The notes under the pieces are model-generated. The model saw only the letters and a program-made list of their open reading frames with translations. It searched no databases and was not told the DNA's origin. Source: a virus (Duplodnaviria; Caudoviricetes). Taken from it: a stretch of DNA of 39,323 bases. A program made the position numbers and the translations under genes. The DNA lies in the IMG/VR virus record IMGVR_UViG_3300010231_000020, positions 1-39,323 of that record. One strand, given 5' to 3'. Positions 1-8,943 of the stretch are shown piece by piece (position 1 is the stretch's first letter; the number at the start of each line of letters is the position of its first letter).

Positions 1-55
1 CCAATCCCTCACCTCGTGAAAGAAGATCACATGAAGAAAACCATCCTGCTGGCCG
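1..55 (+). repeat. 55-bp terminal direct repeat, left copy (circular assembly overlap)
   Basis: CCAATCCCTCACC...CTGCTGGCCG is identical to 39269-39323. Joining the ends places the protease gene directly before the capsid gene. Confidence 0.97.
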
Positions 56-1452
56 CGACCATGGCCGCACACTTCTCCGCATTCCAGTCCAAGGCCGCGG
101 TTGTCCCGTACGAAAAGCGCGATGAGCCGACCCTGCGCTCCGTGACCGAAGCGATCGACAGGATCAACACTGCGTTCACCGAGTACAAGCGCACGAACGA
201 CGAACGCATCGAAGCGATCAAGTCCGGCAAGTCGACGGCCGAATTCGACGCCAAGCTGGCGAAAATGGACCAGGCGCTGGATTCGCTGAGCGAGCAGAAA
301 AGCCGCCTCGAAAAGCTGGAAGGAAAGATGGCCCGTCCCGGCGCGCTGGGCGGTGGCGAGGTCGACCATAAGGAATCGGCGGAAGCGATCGCGTACAAAG
401 GCGCTTTCCTGGCATGGATGCGCAATCCGAACGACCCGGAACGTCGTGATGCCCTGTACCGCCGCGGCAAGGACCTGAAAAAGGTCGAAATGCGTGCCGC
501 ACCTACGGGCGACGATGACGCCGATTGGGCCCAGTACGAAACCCGTTCGACCCAAACGTCGGGTACTTCTGGCGCCGCCGGCGGCTACGCAGTTCCGAAG
601 TCGGTCGAGCAGCAGATCGCACGCCTCTCCGTCGACCTCTCCCCAATCCGCCAGATCGCGACCGTTCGCACCGTCGGTACCACTGATTACCATGAGCTGT
701 TCGACGTCAACGGTGCAACTTTCGAATGGGTGGGCGAGACCGACACTCGCAACCAGACGAATACGCCTGACCTGCAGGAAGTTGTGCCCACCTTCGGCAT
801 GGGCTCTGCCAAGCCGCAAGCTTCGGAAGAGTCGCTCGACGACCTGTTCTTCAACGTAGAAGACTGGCTCGTGACGTCCGCCGGCGAAGCGATGGGCCAA
901 GGCGAAGGCGCTGCGTTCATCGGCGGCAACGGTACGAAAAAGCCGACCGGCTTTCTGGCCGGCCTGGCACCCGTCGCGACGGCAGACAACGGTCGCGCCT
1001 TCGGCGCACTGCAGTACATCGCGTCCGGCCAAGCTGCAGCGTTGCCGACCAGCCTGGACACGTTTTACGACATGGTCTACTCGTTGCGGGCCCGCTACCG
1101 CAACAACGCCCGCTGGGTGACCGCGAAGCTGTTGTTGGCGTCGCTGCGCAAATACAAGGACAGCACCGGCCAGTACATGTGGCAGAACTCCGTCGCTGCT
1201 GGCCAGCCGGATACGTTCCTGGGCTATGCGGTGGTCGAGGCCGAAGACATGCCGGCGGTGGCTGCGAACTCGTTCCCGCTGGCCTTCGGCGACTTCAAGG
1301 AAGGCTATCTGATCTGCGATCGCGTCGGCATGCGCATCACCCGCGACGAAATCACAACGCCGGGCTTCGTGAAGTTCTACGTGCGTAAGCGCGTGGGCGG
1401 CAAGCTGCGCAACAGCCAGGCGATCAAGCTGCTGAAGATCGCAGCGGCGTAA
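31..1452 (+). CDS. Major capsid protein, HK97 fold, with N-terminal delta (scaffold) domain
   Basis: Coiled-coil N-terminus, then GGYAVP, WVGE, G.G..KP.G, FGDF..GY.I.DR and RVGG motifs. Follows the protease across the circular junction. The ATG at 31 is preferred over the GTG at 16. Confidence 0.96.
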   Translation: MKKTILLAATMAAHFSAFQSKAAVVPYEKRDEPTLRSVTEAIDRINTAFTEYKRTNDERIEAIKSGKSTAEFDAKLAKMDQALDSLSEQKSRLEKLEGKMARPGALGGGEVDHKESAEAIAYKGAFLAWMRNPNDPERRDALYRRGKDLKKVEMRAAPTGDDDADWAQYETRSTQTSGTSGAAGGYAVPKSVEQQIARLSVDLSPIRQIATVRTVGTTDYHELFDVNGATFEWVGETDTRNQTNTPDLQEVVPTFGMGSAKPQASEESLDDLFFNVEDWLVTSAGEAMGQGEGAAFIGGNGTKKPTGFLAGLAPVATADNGRAFGALQYIASGQAAALPTSLDTFYDMVYSLRARYRNNARWVTAKLLLASLRKYKDSTGQYMWQNSVAAGQPDTFLGYAVVEAEDMPAVAANSFPLAFGDFKEGYLICDRVGMRITRDEITTPGFVKFYVRKRVGGKLRNSQAIKLLKIAAA

Positions 1453-1463
1453 TTCACCAACCC

Positions 1464-1494
1464 GAAGAGGCCGCTGCGGCGGTCTTTCTTCTTT
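1464..1494 (+). terminator. Intrinsic terminator-like hairpin after the capsid gene
   Basis: AAGAGGCCGC-TGCG-GCGGTCTTT followed by CTTCTTT. Confidence 0.65.
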
Positions 1495-1505
1495 CCGGAG
1501 CAGAA

Positions 1506-1694
1506 ATGAAACTGATCGTACAAGAGGCATTCGATTGGGCGCACCGAGGCATCGAGATCGAGCGGTTCGAAGCCGGCGCCGAGATCGAGACCGAAGACCA
1601 GGACCTGATCGATGTGTCGACGGCCGAAGGCTGGACGGCGCCTGCCGAAGGCGAAGGCCCCGCGCCTGCCACGCGAGCACGCGCCAAGAAGTAA
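1506..1694 (+). CDS. Small phage protein (62 aa) downstream of capsid
   Basis: GGAG RBS, acidic core and basic tail, typical post-capsid position. Confidence 0.75.
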   Translation: MKLIVQEAFDWAHRGIEIERFEAGAEIETEDQDLIDVSTAEGWTAPAEGEGPAPATRARAKK

Positions 1695-1749
1695 TCGTCG
1701 CGCCTGGCCAGTCCAGGCGCATTCCTGACCGAACATTGAAAGGCCGGCC

Positions 1750-2163
1750 ATGTCCGCATTCACGAAACTCTACGCGTTCGTCGAGGCGCTCGCGAAGAAG
1801 AAGCACAACCTGGCGACCGACCAGCTGGTGATCCTGCTGACAAATACGGCGCCGACGGCGGCCGGCTCGGCCGTCACGGCCGATATCGCCCAGATCAGCT
1901 ACACGAACTGCTCGTCGCGTAACGTGGCCACGACGTCTGCCGCGCAGACCGGCGGCGTCTACAAGCAGGTGCTGGCCGACCTGACGCTGACCGCGTCGGG
2001 CGGCACCGTCGGCCCGTTCCGATACGTGGTCCTGGCCAATGCCACGGCTACGAACGGCGATCTGATCGGTTTCTACGATTACGGCTCGTCGATCACCCTG
2101 AACGATGGCGAAAGTATTCTGATCGACCTCGACCAGGCCGCTGGCGCTTTTACCCTGACCTGA
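1750..2163 (+). CDS. Putative virion structural protein (head decoration/spike base)
   Basis: 137 aa, Thr/Ala-rich beta-type sequence ending [25 protein letters not shown]. Lies within the head module. Confidence 0.7.
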   Translation: MSAFTKLYAFVEALAKKKHNLATDQLVILLTNTAPTAAGSAVTADIAQISYTNCSSRNVATTSAAQTGGVYKQVLADLTLTASGGTVGPFRYVVLANATATNGDLIGFYDYGSSITLNDGESILIDLDQAAGAFTLT

Positions 2164-2165
2164 TC

Positions 2166-2594
2166 ATGACCCCAGAACAGCAAGTGGCCCTGCGCGCCGC
2201 GGCGCGCGCGAATCCGGCGTGTGCCAAGCCGCTGGCCGATAAAGACCTCGTTGAGTTGGCGCGGATCCTGTCGACCGGTCGCACCCGCCCGACGGCGCGC
2301 GAGATCGGCAACGGCACGGTGCTCGAGGTGCTGGGTATTGAGGCAGGCAATAAGCTGCTCGACCACATCCAGGCTGATCCAGCCATGCGCTATGTAAGAC
2401 CGTTGCTCGAGCAAGGTCGGTTGAAGATCGGATCACCTGTGGCCCAGGCGGCACTACAGAGCTATGTCCAGCCGGGCGATGTCCTGACCCAGAGCGATGC
2501 CGACAAATTATGTGCGCTCGGCGGCGAGCCTGATCCGCTGACACCGCAGGACGTGGAAGAGGCGCTGTTTAATCCTGACGGTACGGAGAAATAA
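2166..2594 (+). CDS. Hypothetical phage protein (142 aa)
   Basis: Tightly packed between neighbours, with a TAATG overlap at the 3' end. Confidence 0.8.
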   Translation: MTPEQQVALRAAARANPACAKPLADKDLVELARILSTGRTRPTAREIGNGTVLEVLGIEAGNKLLDHIQADPAMRYVRPLLEQGRLKIGSPVAQAALQSYVQPGDVLTQSDADKLCALGGEPDPLTPQDVEEALFNPDGTEK

Positions 2595-2968
2595 TGGCAA
2601 TCGCAAAAGCGGCGGTGACCGTCCTGGCATCGGCGTCCGTTCCTGCTGGCGGCACCAAGGCGGCGCCGAGCGTCACTATCAACCCCGTTGATTGTCGCAC
2701 CTACTATGGCGGATTGTTGACCTTGACCGTCACAAATGGTGCGAGCGCCCCGGGTGCGGCGATTCAGCTGCAAGTCCAAGTTTCGGCAGATGCAGCTAAC
2801 TGGCGCGATTTCGGCTCGCCCTTGAGTGGGGACACGACCGCGAACAGTTCGTATAGCTGGTCGTTCGAGATCCCCCGCGCAGTCATGTACTTACGCGTCG
2901 TGCCGTACGCAAACACGACCAATGCCGTTATGGTCGCGGCCGAACTTGAAGCCGTGACGAGTCTGTAA
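2594..2968 (+). CDS. Putative beta-sandwich structural protein (124 aa)
   Basis: TAATG coupling at both ends. LQVQVSADAANW...YLRV pattern suggests a jelly-roll fold. Confidence 0.75.
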   Translation: MAIAKAAVTVLASASVPAGGTKAAPSVTINPVDCRTYYGGLLTLTVTNGASAPGAAIQLQVQVSADAANWRDFGSPLSGDTTANSSYSWSFEIPRAVMYLRVVPYANTTNAVMVAAELEAVTSL

Positions 2969-4464
2969 TGGCCGGGATGCGTCGACAGCCGCATGGGCGC
3001 GTGCAGATTGACTGGAACAACCCGATTGCGCGGGGGCTGGTGTTCGCCTATGTGGTGACAGCCACAGGCCTCGTCGGTTATGGGTCGAACGGCGCGAACA
3101 ACGTGCCCTTCGTGGCAACCTACGGGTTGCAGTTCGGTAACGCTATCGGTGCGGCTGTCGTAACGCCGCAGGGCTACGGTGCGAAAACATTAATCGCGAG
3201 TAACCCGATCGTCACGCTTCCAGATTTTCCAGCAGCCCAGTCGTCAAGTTTTAGCTTATTCGCTTTGGCCACAGGCCCGGCTTCCGGTACCCAAAGCGTA
3301 ATCGATGATGACGACGGCTCGACGCGTCGTTATCAATTTCGTCTGAATGCTGGGAAGGTTGAATTCATACCGTTCAACTCGGTTGGCGGGCAGACAATCA
3401 CCGTGCCGTCCGCGCTGACGGCAGCAGAATTGGCCCGTGGCTTCGCCATGGGGGCGAGTGCTGGACCTAGCCGATATGCTGTGCTCCAAGGCAGCCAGAT
3501 TGCATCTGCCACGCCGAGCGGGGCGCTTTTAACCCCGACTGCCAAGCCGACGATAGGCGCCCGAAAATCGGGAACGCAACAATACGCACTTGGCGGTTTA
3601 AGTTTGCTTTGCTTGTGGTCCCGCACGCTGGCAGATGATGAATTGCGCTCGCTGGCAGTGGACCCGTGGCAGTTATTCGCGTCCGCAGACGACGGCGACG
3701 ACATTGTGGCGCCGGCCGTTGTTACCTATACGCTCAGTGCTGCATCAGGATTGTTCTCGATGACTGCAGCTGCCGCAGGCGTTTATGCGGCTCGAAAGCT
3801 CCAGGCGAGTCAAGGATCGTTCGCCCTTGCCGCGGCGACAGCAGGGCTCACGGCTTCGCGCCGACTGCTGAGCGATAGTGCGTCGTTCGCGATGTCCGGT
3901 AACTCGACGCCGATCCTTGTGGCTCGCAAGTTGGTCGCCAACCTCGGTGTTTTTGGTATGACCTCCACGGCCGCGTCGTTAATCGCGTCGCGCCGGCTTA
4001 CTGCGCCGCCTGGCGCATTCGTGCTGTCGTCGGGCACCGTCCAGATGGTATATACGCCGGCGCATGGGCCAAGCGGTCCGACCTACGTCTTGGGCGTGGT
4101 GGCCGGCTCGTTCGGCTTGAGTGGAAGCGTCGCAGGACTGCTGTTCAATCGTCGCTTGCGGGCGGCAACCGGAACGCTCGTGCTGACCGGAGTGGCGGCG
4201 AAGTTGCAGGCTACTCGCCGGCTCCAGGGCGACAGCGCGGCGTTCATGGTTGCGGGTTCTGCAGTTGTGCTGCGATACAGCGGTAGCACGGGTCCGATCG
4301 ACATATCAAAAATTCCCCTGGCGCGCATCGTCGTGTTCGAAGGCAGCGGTAGTCGTGTCGTGCAATTCGAAGGCAGTGGCAGCCGCGTCGTCCCGTTTGA
4401 CGGCAGCGGTAGCCGGGTCGTCGTGTTCGAAGGCAGTGGAAGCAAGACAGTGAGGTTCGAATGA
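2968..4464 (+). CDS. Putative head fibre: LamG/ConA-like domain, 22-aa repeats and C-terminal 10-aa repeats
   Basis: TIGARK...LWSRTLADDELRSL is a LamG-type ending. About 8 repeats of R[RK]L.A..G.F.[LM].G/A. Followed by VVFEGSGSR repeats. Confidence 0.7.
   Translation: MAGMRRQPHGRVQIDWNNPIARGLVFAYVVTATGLVGYGSNGANNVPFVATYGLQFGNAIGAAVVTPQGYGAKTLIASNPIVTLPDFPAAQSSSFSLFALATGPASGTQSVIDDDDGSTRRYQFRLNAGKVEFIPFNSVGGQTITVPSALTAAELARGFAMGASAGPSRYAVLQGSQIASATPSGALLTPTAKPTIGARKSGTQQYALGGLSLLCLWSRTLADDELRSLAVDPWQLFASADDGDDIVAPAVVTYTLSAASGLFSMTAAAAGVYAARKLQASQGSFALAAATAGLTASRRLLSDSASFAMSGNSTPILVARKLVANLGVFGMTSTAASLIASRRLTAPPGAFVLSSGTVQMVYTPAHGPSGPTYVLGVVAGSFGLSGSVAGLLFNRRLRAATGTLVLTGVAAKLQATRRLQGDSAAFMVAGSAVVLRYSGSTGPIDISKIPLARIVVFEGSGSRVVQFEGSGSRVVPFDGSGSRVVVFEGSGSKTVRFE
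4324..4461 (+). repeat. 30-bp in-frame tandem repeat, about 4.6 copies (RVVxF[ED]GSGS)
   Basis: RIVVFEGSGS RVVQFEGSGS RVVPFDGSGS RVVVFEGSGS KTVRFE, with synonymous divergence between copies. Confidence 0.92.
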
Positions 4465-4796
4465 GCATAAAAGTGCCGATCAAGGTCGGCGACAAATGGA
4501 TGGTCGACCGCGATCCGGACGAAAAAAGCCACTACGTCGCCGACGTCACCCAGGAGCTCGCCGACCGGGCGACGACCGCGGAGTCGGTCGAGTTGGTGCT
4601 AGTGGGTGTCGTCCAGCTGGATCTGCCACAAGTTCAAACGGTGATGGTCGACGGCGTCGAGCGCACCTATGTTGTGGCGTTCCTTGGCGGTACCGACTCG
4701 GACCCGCCAGATGGCTGGAAGTGGGTGGCCCGTGTCACCTGCGACAACGAAGAACGTTTCGATAAAACGACCTGGTTCAACAAGGTGGACACCTGA
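4461..4796 (+). CDS. Putative fibre adaptor protein (111 aa)
   Basis: ATGA overlap with the fibre gene. DRDPDEKSHYVAD motif near the N-terminus and LGG...RVTC...ERFDKT near the C-terminus. Confidence 0.65.
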   Translation: MSIKVPIKVGDKWMVDRDPDEKSHYVADVTQELADRATTAESVELVLVGVVQLDLPQVQTVMVDGVERTYVVAFLGGTDSDPPDGWKWVARVTCDNEERFDKTTWFNKVDT

Positions 4797-4963
4797 TGAT
4801 CAACGTAGCGGATCTCCCGGCCGTGCGCGCGCAGATCGAGCGCGCTGCGGCCTCCAAAGAACCTCCGGCGCCGGTCGGGCCGCAGTACGCCCGCGCGCCG
4901 GCGACGGCCGGGCCGCAGCAGGCAGGCGGCCGGCCGTCAGCCACGCAACGGAGCCCACGATGA
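4796..4963 (+). CDS. Small Pro/Ala-rich protein (55 aa, MINVADLPAVRAQIERAAAS...), absent from the ORF track
   Basis: TGATG overlap upstream and ATGA overlap downstream; it fills the gap exactly. Confidence 0.7.
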   Translation: MINVADLPAVRAQIERAAASKEPPAPVGPQYARAPATAGPQQAGGRPSATQRSPR

Positions 4964-5499
4964 CAGACCGACTGATCATCCGGCCCACGGGCCTGGCGGT
5001 GTCGATAGACGCCGCGCGCGCCTCGGCCCGCGCGAGCGGCACGTCGTTGGACGCAGAGCTGGAGCAAAAGGTGCAGGATTTCACCGATGCGGCCGAGCAC
5101 GAGACGCATCGCGCGTTCATCACGCAGACTTGGGAAGTGACGCTCGATGCGTTCCCGGATGCGATCCGCCTGCCGCATCCTCCGATCATTAGCGTGGTGC
5201 ACATCAAGTTTTACGATCCGGCGGGCGTCCTGCAGACGCTGGATCCGCAAGACTATGAGGTCGACACCAAGAGCGAACCGGGTTACGTGGTGCCGGCGCC
5301 GGGGCGCGCCTGGCCGGCGACGGCCGCGCGCATCAATGCCGTTGAGGTGCAGTACGTGTGCGGATACGGTCCGGACGAGACATCGGTCCCGGCCGGAATC
5401 AAGGGTTACATCCTGGGTATGATCGAGAACGATTACTTTCCGAACCCGAACGTGCAGTACTTGTGCAAAAAGCTCGACCGATTCTGGGTGCCGGGATGA
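4960..5499 (+). CDS. Head-tail connector (gp6-like adaptor)
   Basis: AEHETHRAFITQTWEVTLDAFP...WP...V.VQYVCGYG...VP motifs. Start reassigned to the ATG at 4960. Confidence 0.9.
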   Translation: MTDRLIIRPTGLAVSIDAARASARASGTSLDAELEQKVQDFTDAAEHETHRAFITQTWEVTLDAFPDAIRLPHPPIISVVHIKFYDPAGVLQTLDPQDYEVDTKSEPGYVVPAPGRAWPATAARINAVEVQYVCGYGPDETSVPAGIKGYILGMIENDYFPNPNVQYLCKKLDRFWVPG

Positions 5500-5855
5500 C
5501 GGCGCCGTTTCGGAAGGACGAGCAGGTGACGATCGAGCGCCGGACGGCTGCGCGCGACCCGGACTACGGCACGGAGATCGAAGGCGCGGGCGCCTGGGAG
5601 GTTGTGGCGGACCACGTCTGGGCGAACGTGCAGGATCAGCTGCCCAGCCGCGGGGAGAGCACGGGAAACGGGATGGTGACGGCCGTGACGCGCACGCGGC
5701 TGCGGATTGGCATCGACGACCGGATTACCACTGCGATGCGCGTAACGCTGCATGGGAAGGGTGACCGGGTCATGCAAATTATTGCCGGCCCGGCCATGCT
5801 GGACGATCGCCGCAACATCGAATGGATGCTGGAGGGGTATTCGCATGGCGGATGA
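5496..5855 (+). CDS. Head closure / head-tail adaptor protein
   Basis: VTIERR...D.DYG...W..VWANV...ITTAMRV pattern; ATGA overlap. Confidence 0.85.
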   Translation: MTAPFRKDEQVTIERRTAARDPDYGTEIEGAGAWEVVADHVWANVQDQLPSRGESTGNGMVTAVTRTRLRIGIDDRITTAMRVTLHGKGDRVMQIIAGPAMLDDRRNIEWMLEGYSHGG

Positions 5856-6327
5856 AGCGATCACCGGTGGCCGCGCGCTCGACGCGTTCCTGCAGCAGCT
5901 TCCCGTAAGGGTGGAGCGCAACATCATGCGCGCGGCGATGCGCGCAGGAGCGAACGAGATCAAGAAAGGCGCTCAAGGGGCCGCCCCCGTCGACGACGGT
6001 GACCTGCGGGCGAGCATTCGGGTCACGACCAGATCGAAGGGTGGGACTGTGTATGCGTCGGTCAAGGCAGGCGGCAAGAAGGCACCGCACTGGCATTGGG
6101 TCGAGTTCGGGACGGCGCCGCACAAGATCAAGGCGAAGCCCGGGCATGCGCTCGACGTGAACGGGGCCGCTGTGCGCGAGGTTGATCACCCTGGCGCCCG
6201 AGCTCACCCCTTCTTCCGGCCAACGTTTGATGGGCGAGCTGCTGCGGCGATCGCCGCGGTGGCGGCCAAGATTCGCCAGCGGCTGACGAAGGAAGGCATC
6301 AACGTACCGGCGCCGGAGGAGCCATGA
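5845..6327 (+). CDS. HK97 gp10-family tail component
   Basis: APVDDGDLRASI, HWVEFGT and HPFFRPTFD motifs. Confidence 0.9.
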   Translation: MADEAITGGRALDAFLQQLPVRVERNIMRAAMRAGANEIKKGAQGAAPVDDGDLRASIRVTTRSKGGTVYASVKAGGKKAPHWHWVEFGTAPHKIKAKPGHALDVNGAAVREVDHPGARAHPFFRPTFDGRAAAAIAAVAAKIRQRLTKEGINVPAPEEP

Positions 6328-6725
6328 GCGTAAAGGTCATCCGCGCGTTGCTGGTCGGCACTGCGGCGGTCGTAGCGAAGGTGCCGGCGGATCGCATCAT
6401 TGCCGGCACGTTGAAGGAGGATGTCGAGCTGCCCGCGCTCGTGATTGCCGAGGTGAGCTCCGTTCCCTATGGTTCGATCGACGGGAATGCCGAGTACTCG
6501 GTCGTAACGAGCCGTGTGCAGGTCACGATCGTAGCGAAGGCGTACCCGGAAGCAAAAGGGCTCGTCGACCTGGTGCGCCGCTCCTGCAATTTCCAGCGCG
6601 GCTTAATTGCCAGCGTCGATGTCATCAGCGTGGTGCGCGACACCATCGGGCCGGATATGTCCGACGATGCAGGCAACAACTTCCAGAGCATCGACTTCAA
6701 GGTCACGTACCACGAGCAGAACTAG
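6324..6725 (+). CDS. Tail terminator / tail completion protein
   Basis: Position before the tail tube gene; LPALV...SRVQVTI pattern. Confidence 0.8.
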   Translation: MSVKVIRALLVGTAAVVAKVPADRIIAGTLKEDVELPALVIAEVSSVPYGSIDGNAEYSVVTSRVQVTIVAKAYPEAKGLVDLVRRSCNFQRGLIASVDVISVVRDTIGPDMSDDAGNNFQSIDFKVTYHEQN

Positions 6726-6747
6726 AGGTATCAGCAGTTCCACCCCG

Positions 6748-6780
6748 GGCCCGCAAAGCTTTCGTTTGCGGGCCTTTTTT
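6748..6780 (+). terminator. Intrinsic terminator before the tail tube gene
   Basis: GGCCCGCAAA-7nt-TTTGCGGGCC followed by T6. Confidence 0.85.
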
Positions 6781-6798
6781 ATTTGAAAAGGAAGCTAC

Positions 6799-8022
6799 AT
6801 GGGCACTGGCTCGGGCGTATATAAACAAGTAACGTACAAATCGGAAGGCGCGAACTATGGTGTCATTCCGACGGCGGCCAGCGCGCAATCGCTGCGCCGT
6901 GTCACGTCGTCCCTCGAACTGACGAAGGACACCTACCAGTCGAACGAGATCCGTCCGGACTTCCAGGTGGCGGATTTCCGCCACGGCATGCGCAAGGTCG
7001 GCGGCTCGATCGGCGGCGAGCTTTCGGCGAAGACATACGCTGATTTCATCGCTGCAGCGCTGAAGAAAGACTTCGTCGCTGGCGTCGCAGTTGCCAGTGC
7101 GTCGATCACCGTTGGCGGCACGACGGGCGCGTGGACGATCACACGCGCAGCCGGCTCCTGGCTCACCGACGGCGTCAAGCTCGGTGACGTCGTTCGCCTG
7201 ACGGCCGGAGCGTTCAATGCGAACAACCTGAACAAGAATGTCCAGGTCACGAACGTTACGGCGACGGTCCTTACTGGCATCACCCTGAATGGCACGAACA
7301 TGCAGGCCGAGGGCCCGATCGCCAGTGCGACCCTTACCGTCTTTGGTAAGAAGACGATGGTGCCTCAGTCGGGCCATACCGACAAATCGTTCTCGATCGA
7401 GCACTGGCATCCAGACGTCGGCGCTACAGGAGCAAGCGAGGTCTTCAGCGGCTGCAAAGTCTCGAAGGTTACCTTCACGCTGCCGGCGACCGGCATGGCG
7501 ACCATTGCGGTGGAGTTCGTCGGCAAGGATTCGACGCCGGGCACTGCGCAGTACTTCACGTCTCCGACGCCCGTTTCCGTTACCGGCACGATGGCGGCCG
7601 TGAACGGCGTTGTGCAGGTCGGTTCTGCAAGCGGCGGCACGATTACGAGTGCGAGCATCGAGATCTCGTGTGCCCAGTCGAACGAGCCCGGCATCGGCTC
7701 TAACGTTGCAGACCAAGTGGCCACGGGCCGCGTCATCGTCACCGGACAGATTACCGCCAAGTTCGATTCGACGGCTCTGCGCGATGCGTTCTATAACGAG
7801 ACCGAAACCAGCGCGTATCTCGCCTTCACGGCTGACAGCTCCGCGAACTCGGACTTCATCGGCTTCGCGATCAACCGACTGAAGGTCAACGGCGCGTCGA
7901 AGGATGACGGCGAAAAGATCCTCATCCAGACGATCCCTTTCCAGGCGCTGCTGAACACCGACGGCGGCGCTGGCAAGTCGGAAGACCTGACGACCATCGC
8001 AATTCAAGACTCGGCCGCATAA
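6799..8022 (+). CDS. Major tail (tube) protein
   Basis: 407 aa, SNEIRPD...D.RHG...VGG.I.GELS motif; lies between the tail terminator and chaperone genes. Confidence 0.9.
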   Translation: MGTGSGVYKQVTYKSEGANYGVIPTAASAQSLRRVTSSLELTKDTYQSNEIRPDFQVADFRHGMRKVGGSIGGELSAKTYADFIAAALKKDFVAGVAVASASITVGGTTGAWTITRAAGSWLTDGVKLGDVVRLTAGAFNANNLNKNVQVTNVTATVLTGITLNGTNMQAEGPIASATLTVFGKKTMVPQSGHTDKSFSIEHWHPDVGATGASEVFSGCKVSKVTFTLPATGMATIAVEFVGKDSTPGTAQYFTSPTPVSVTGTMAAVNGVVQVGSASGGTITSASIEISCAQSNEPGIGSNVADQVATGRVIVTGQITAKFDSTALRDAFYNETETSAYLAFTADSSANSDFIGFAINRLKVNGASKDDGEKILIQTIPFQALLNTDGGAGKSEDLTTIAIQDSAA

Positions 8023-8130
8023 CCATTTTGCCGCAGTAGCGGCAACCCTGGCACCGACCGGTCGCCGTCGCCTTTCGCGGGCGCGGCGACTGGCACGGGC
8101 AAAATTCAACCTCTCCGCGAAAGTGAAACC

Positions 8131-8580
8131 ATGAACGCAAACACCCAACCGTCGAACCTGCGGAAAAAACTGGTGGAATCCCTCGACATCGACGCCTTCG
8201 ACGACGTGCCCACCGGCCGCCTCGTGCTCGTGAACCCGAAAACGAAGGAGCCGACCAGCACGTACATCGAACTGGCAAGTCCGGAACACGAATCCCGCAA
8301 GCGCATCGACCTGGCCCGCACCCGCAAGCTGCGCGCGGAATTCGCCGCGACTGGCAAGATGCCGTCGTCGGACCCGCTGGAAGACATGGAGGACGAGACC
8401 GATTACCTGGTCGCTTCCGTCCTGGGCTGGAACGTCGCCCGTGCTGGCCACCCGGTCGAATGTACGCCGGCGAACGTGCGCGCGCTGCTCACGGACCCGA
8501 CGAAACAGTGGCTCCGCGGCCAGGTGCGTGCCGGCATCCATAAAACCGAGCTTTTTATCGCCGACTCCGCGAAAGCCTGA
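8131..8580 (+). CDS. Tail assembly chaperone (G-like)
   Basis: Between the tail tube and tape measure genes; LVASVLGWN...ECT..N motif. Confidence 0.85.
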   Translation: MNANTQPSNLRKKLVESLDIDAFDDVPTGRLVLVNPKTKEPTSTYIELASPEHESRKRIDLARTRKLRAEFAATGKMPSSDPLEDMEDETDYLVASVLGWNVARAGHPVECTPANVRALLTDPTKQWLRGQVRAGIHKTELFIADSAKA

Positions 8581-8903
8581 CGGGGTGTTGCCGCGCCGAG
8601 TACGAACTGGCGGCGCGGCAAGGTGACGGCGCCACGCTGCGTACGCACCTGCAGCGCGCGGCAAAGAATACCGGCGCGCGCGACCCGCTCCTGAACATTG
8701 AGTGGCCGGTTATGGGGCGTCCGATCTGGGATGCGTTTCGCCGTATCGGCCGTTCGATGACGGTGAACGGGCCCGGGCCGATCACGCCACAGGACATCCT
8801 TGCATACCAGACGCTGTACGGTGTGACGTTCACAGCCTGGGAGCTGGAGGTGATCGACGCTTTCGATGCGGTAGCGCTCGAAGCAATGCATAAGAAGGAC
8901 TGA
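8544..8903 (+). CDS. Tail assembly chaperone T-like extension, probably made by -1 frameshift (GT fusion)
   Basis: The -1 frame is open from 8544 (after TAA 8541-43) to 8903. GPGPITPQDILAY...WELEVI..FD motif. Candidate slip site CTT TTT at 8551-8556. Confidence 0.8.
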   Translation, partial: NRAFYRRLRESLTGCCRAEYELAARQGDGATLRTHLQRAAKNTGARDPLLNIEWPVMGRPIWDAFRRIGRSMTVNGPGPITPQDILAYQTLYGVTFTAWELEVIDAFDAVALEAMHKKD

Positions 8904-8929
8904 AGGGCGCCCGCGTGGCGCCCTTTTTT
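8903..8929 (+). terminator. Intrinsic terminator before the tape measure gene
   Basis: AAGGGCGCC-CGCGT-GGCGCCCTT followed by TTTT. Confidence 0.8.
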
Positions 8930-8943
8930 CATTGGAGGATCGA

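Noticed and set aside
31-110. Signal-peptide-like N-terminus of the capsid protein (MKKTILLAATMAA...)
   Set aside because: It is most simply part of the cleaved delta domain; the hydrophobic core is short and export of a capsid protein is implausible.
4324-4461. CRISPR-like or DGR repeat
   Set aside because: No spacers, the units are in-frame peptide repeats, and no cas or reverse transcriptase gene is present in the genome.
8569-8575. GCGAAAG as a lambda-like slippery site
   Set aside because: It is read GCG AAA G in the G frame, the wrong phase for a -1 slip on A AAG.
6703-8664. 653-aa minus-strand ORF and many other long antisense ORFs
   Set aside because: Shadow frames of high-GC coding sequence opposite well-supported genes, with no motifs.
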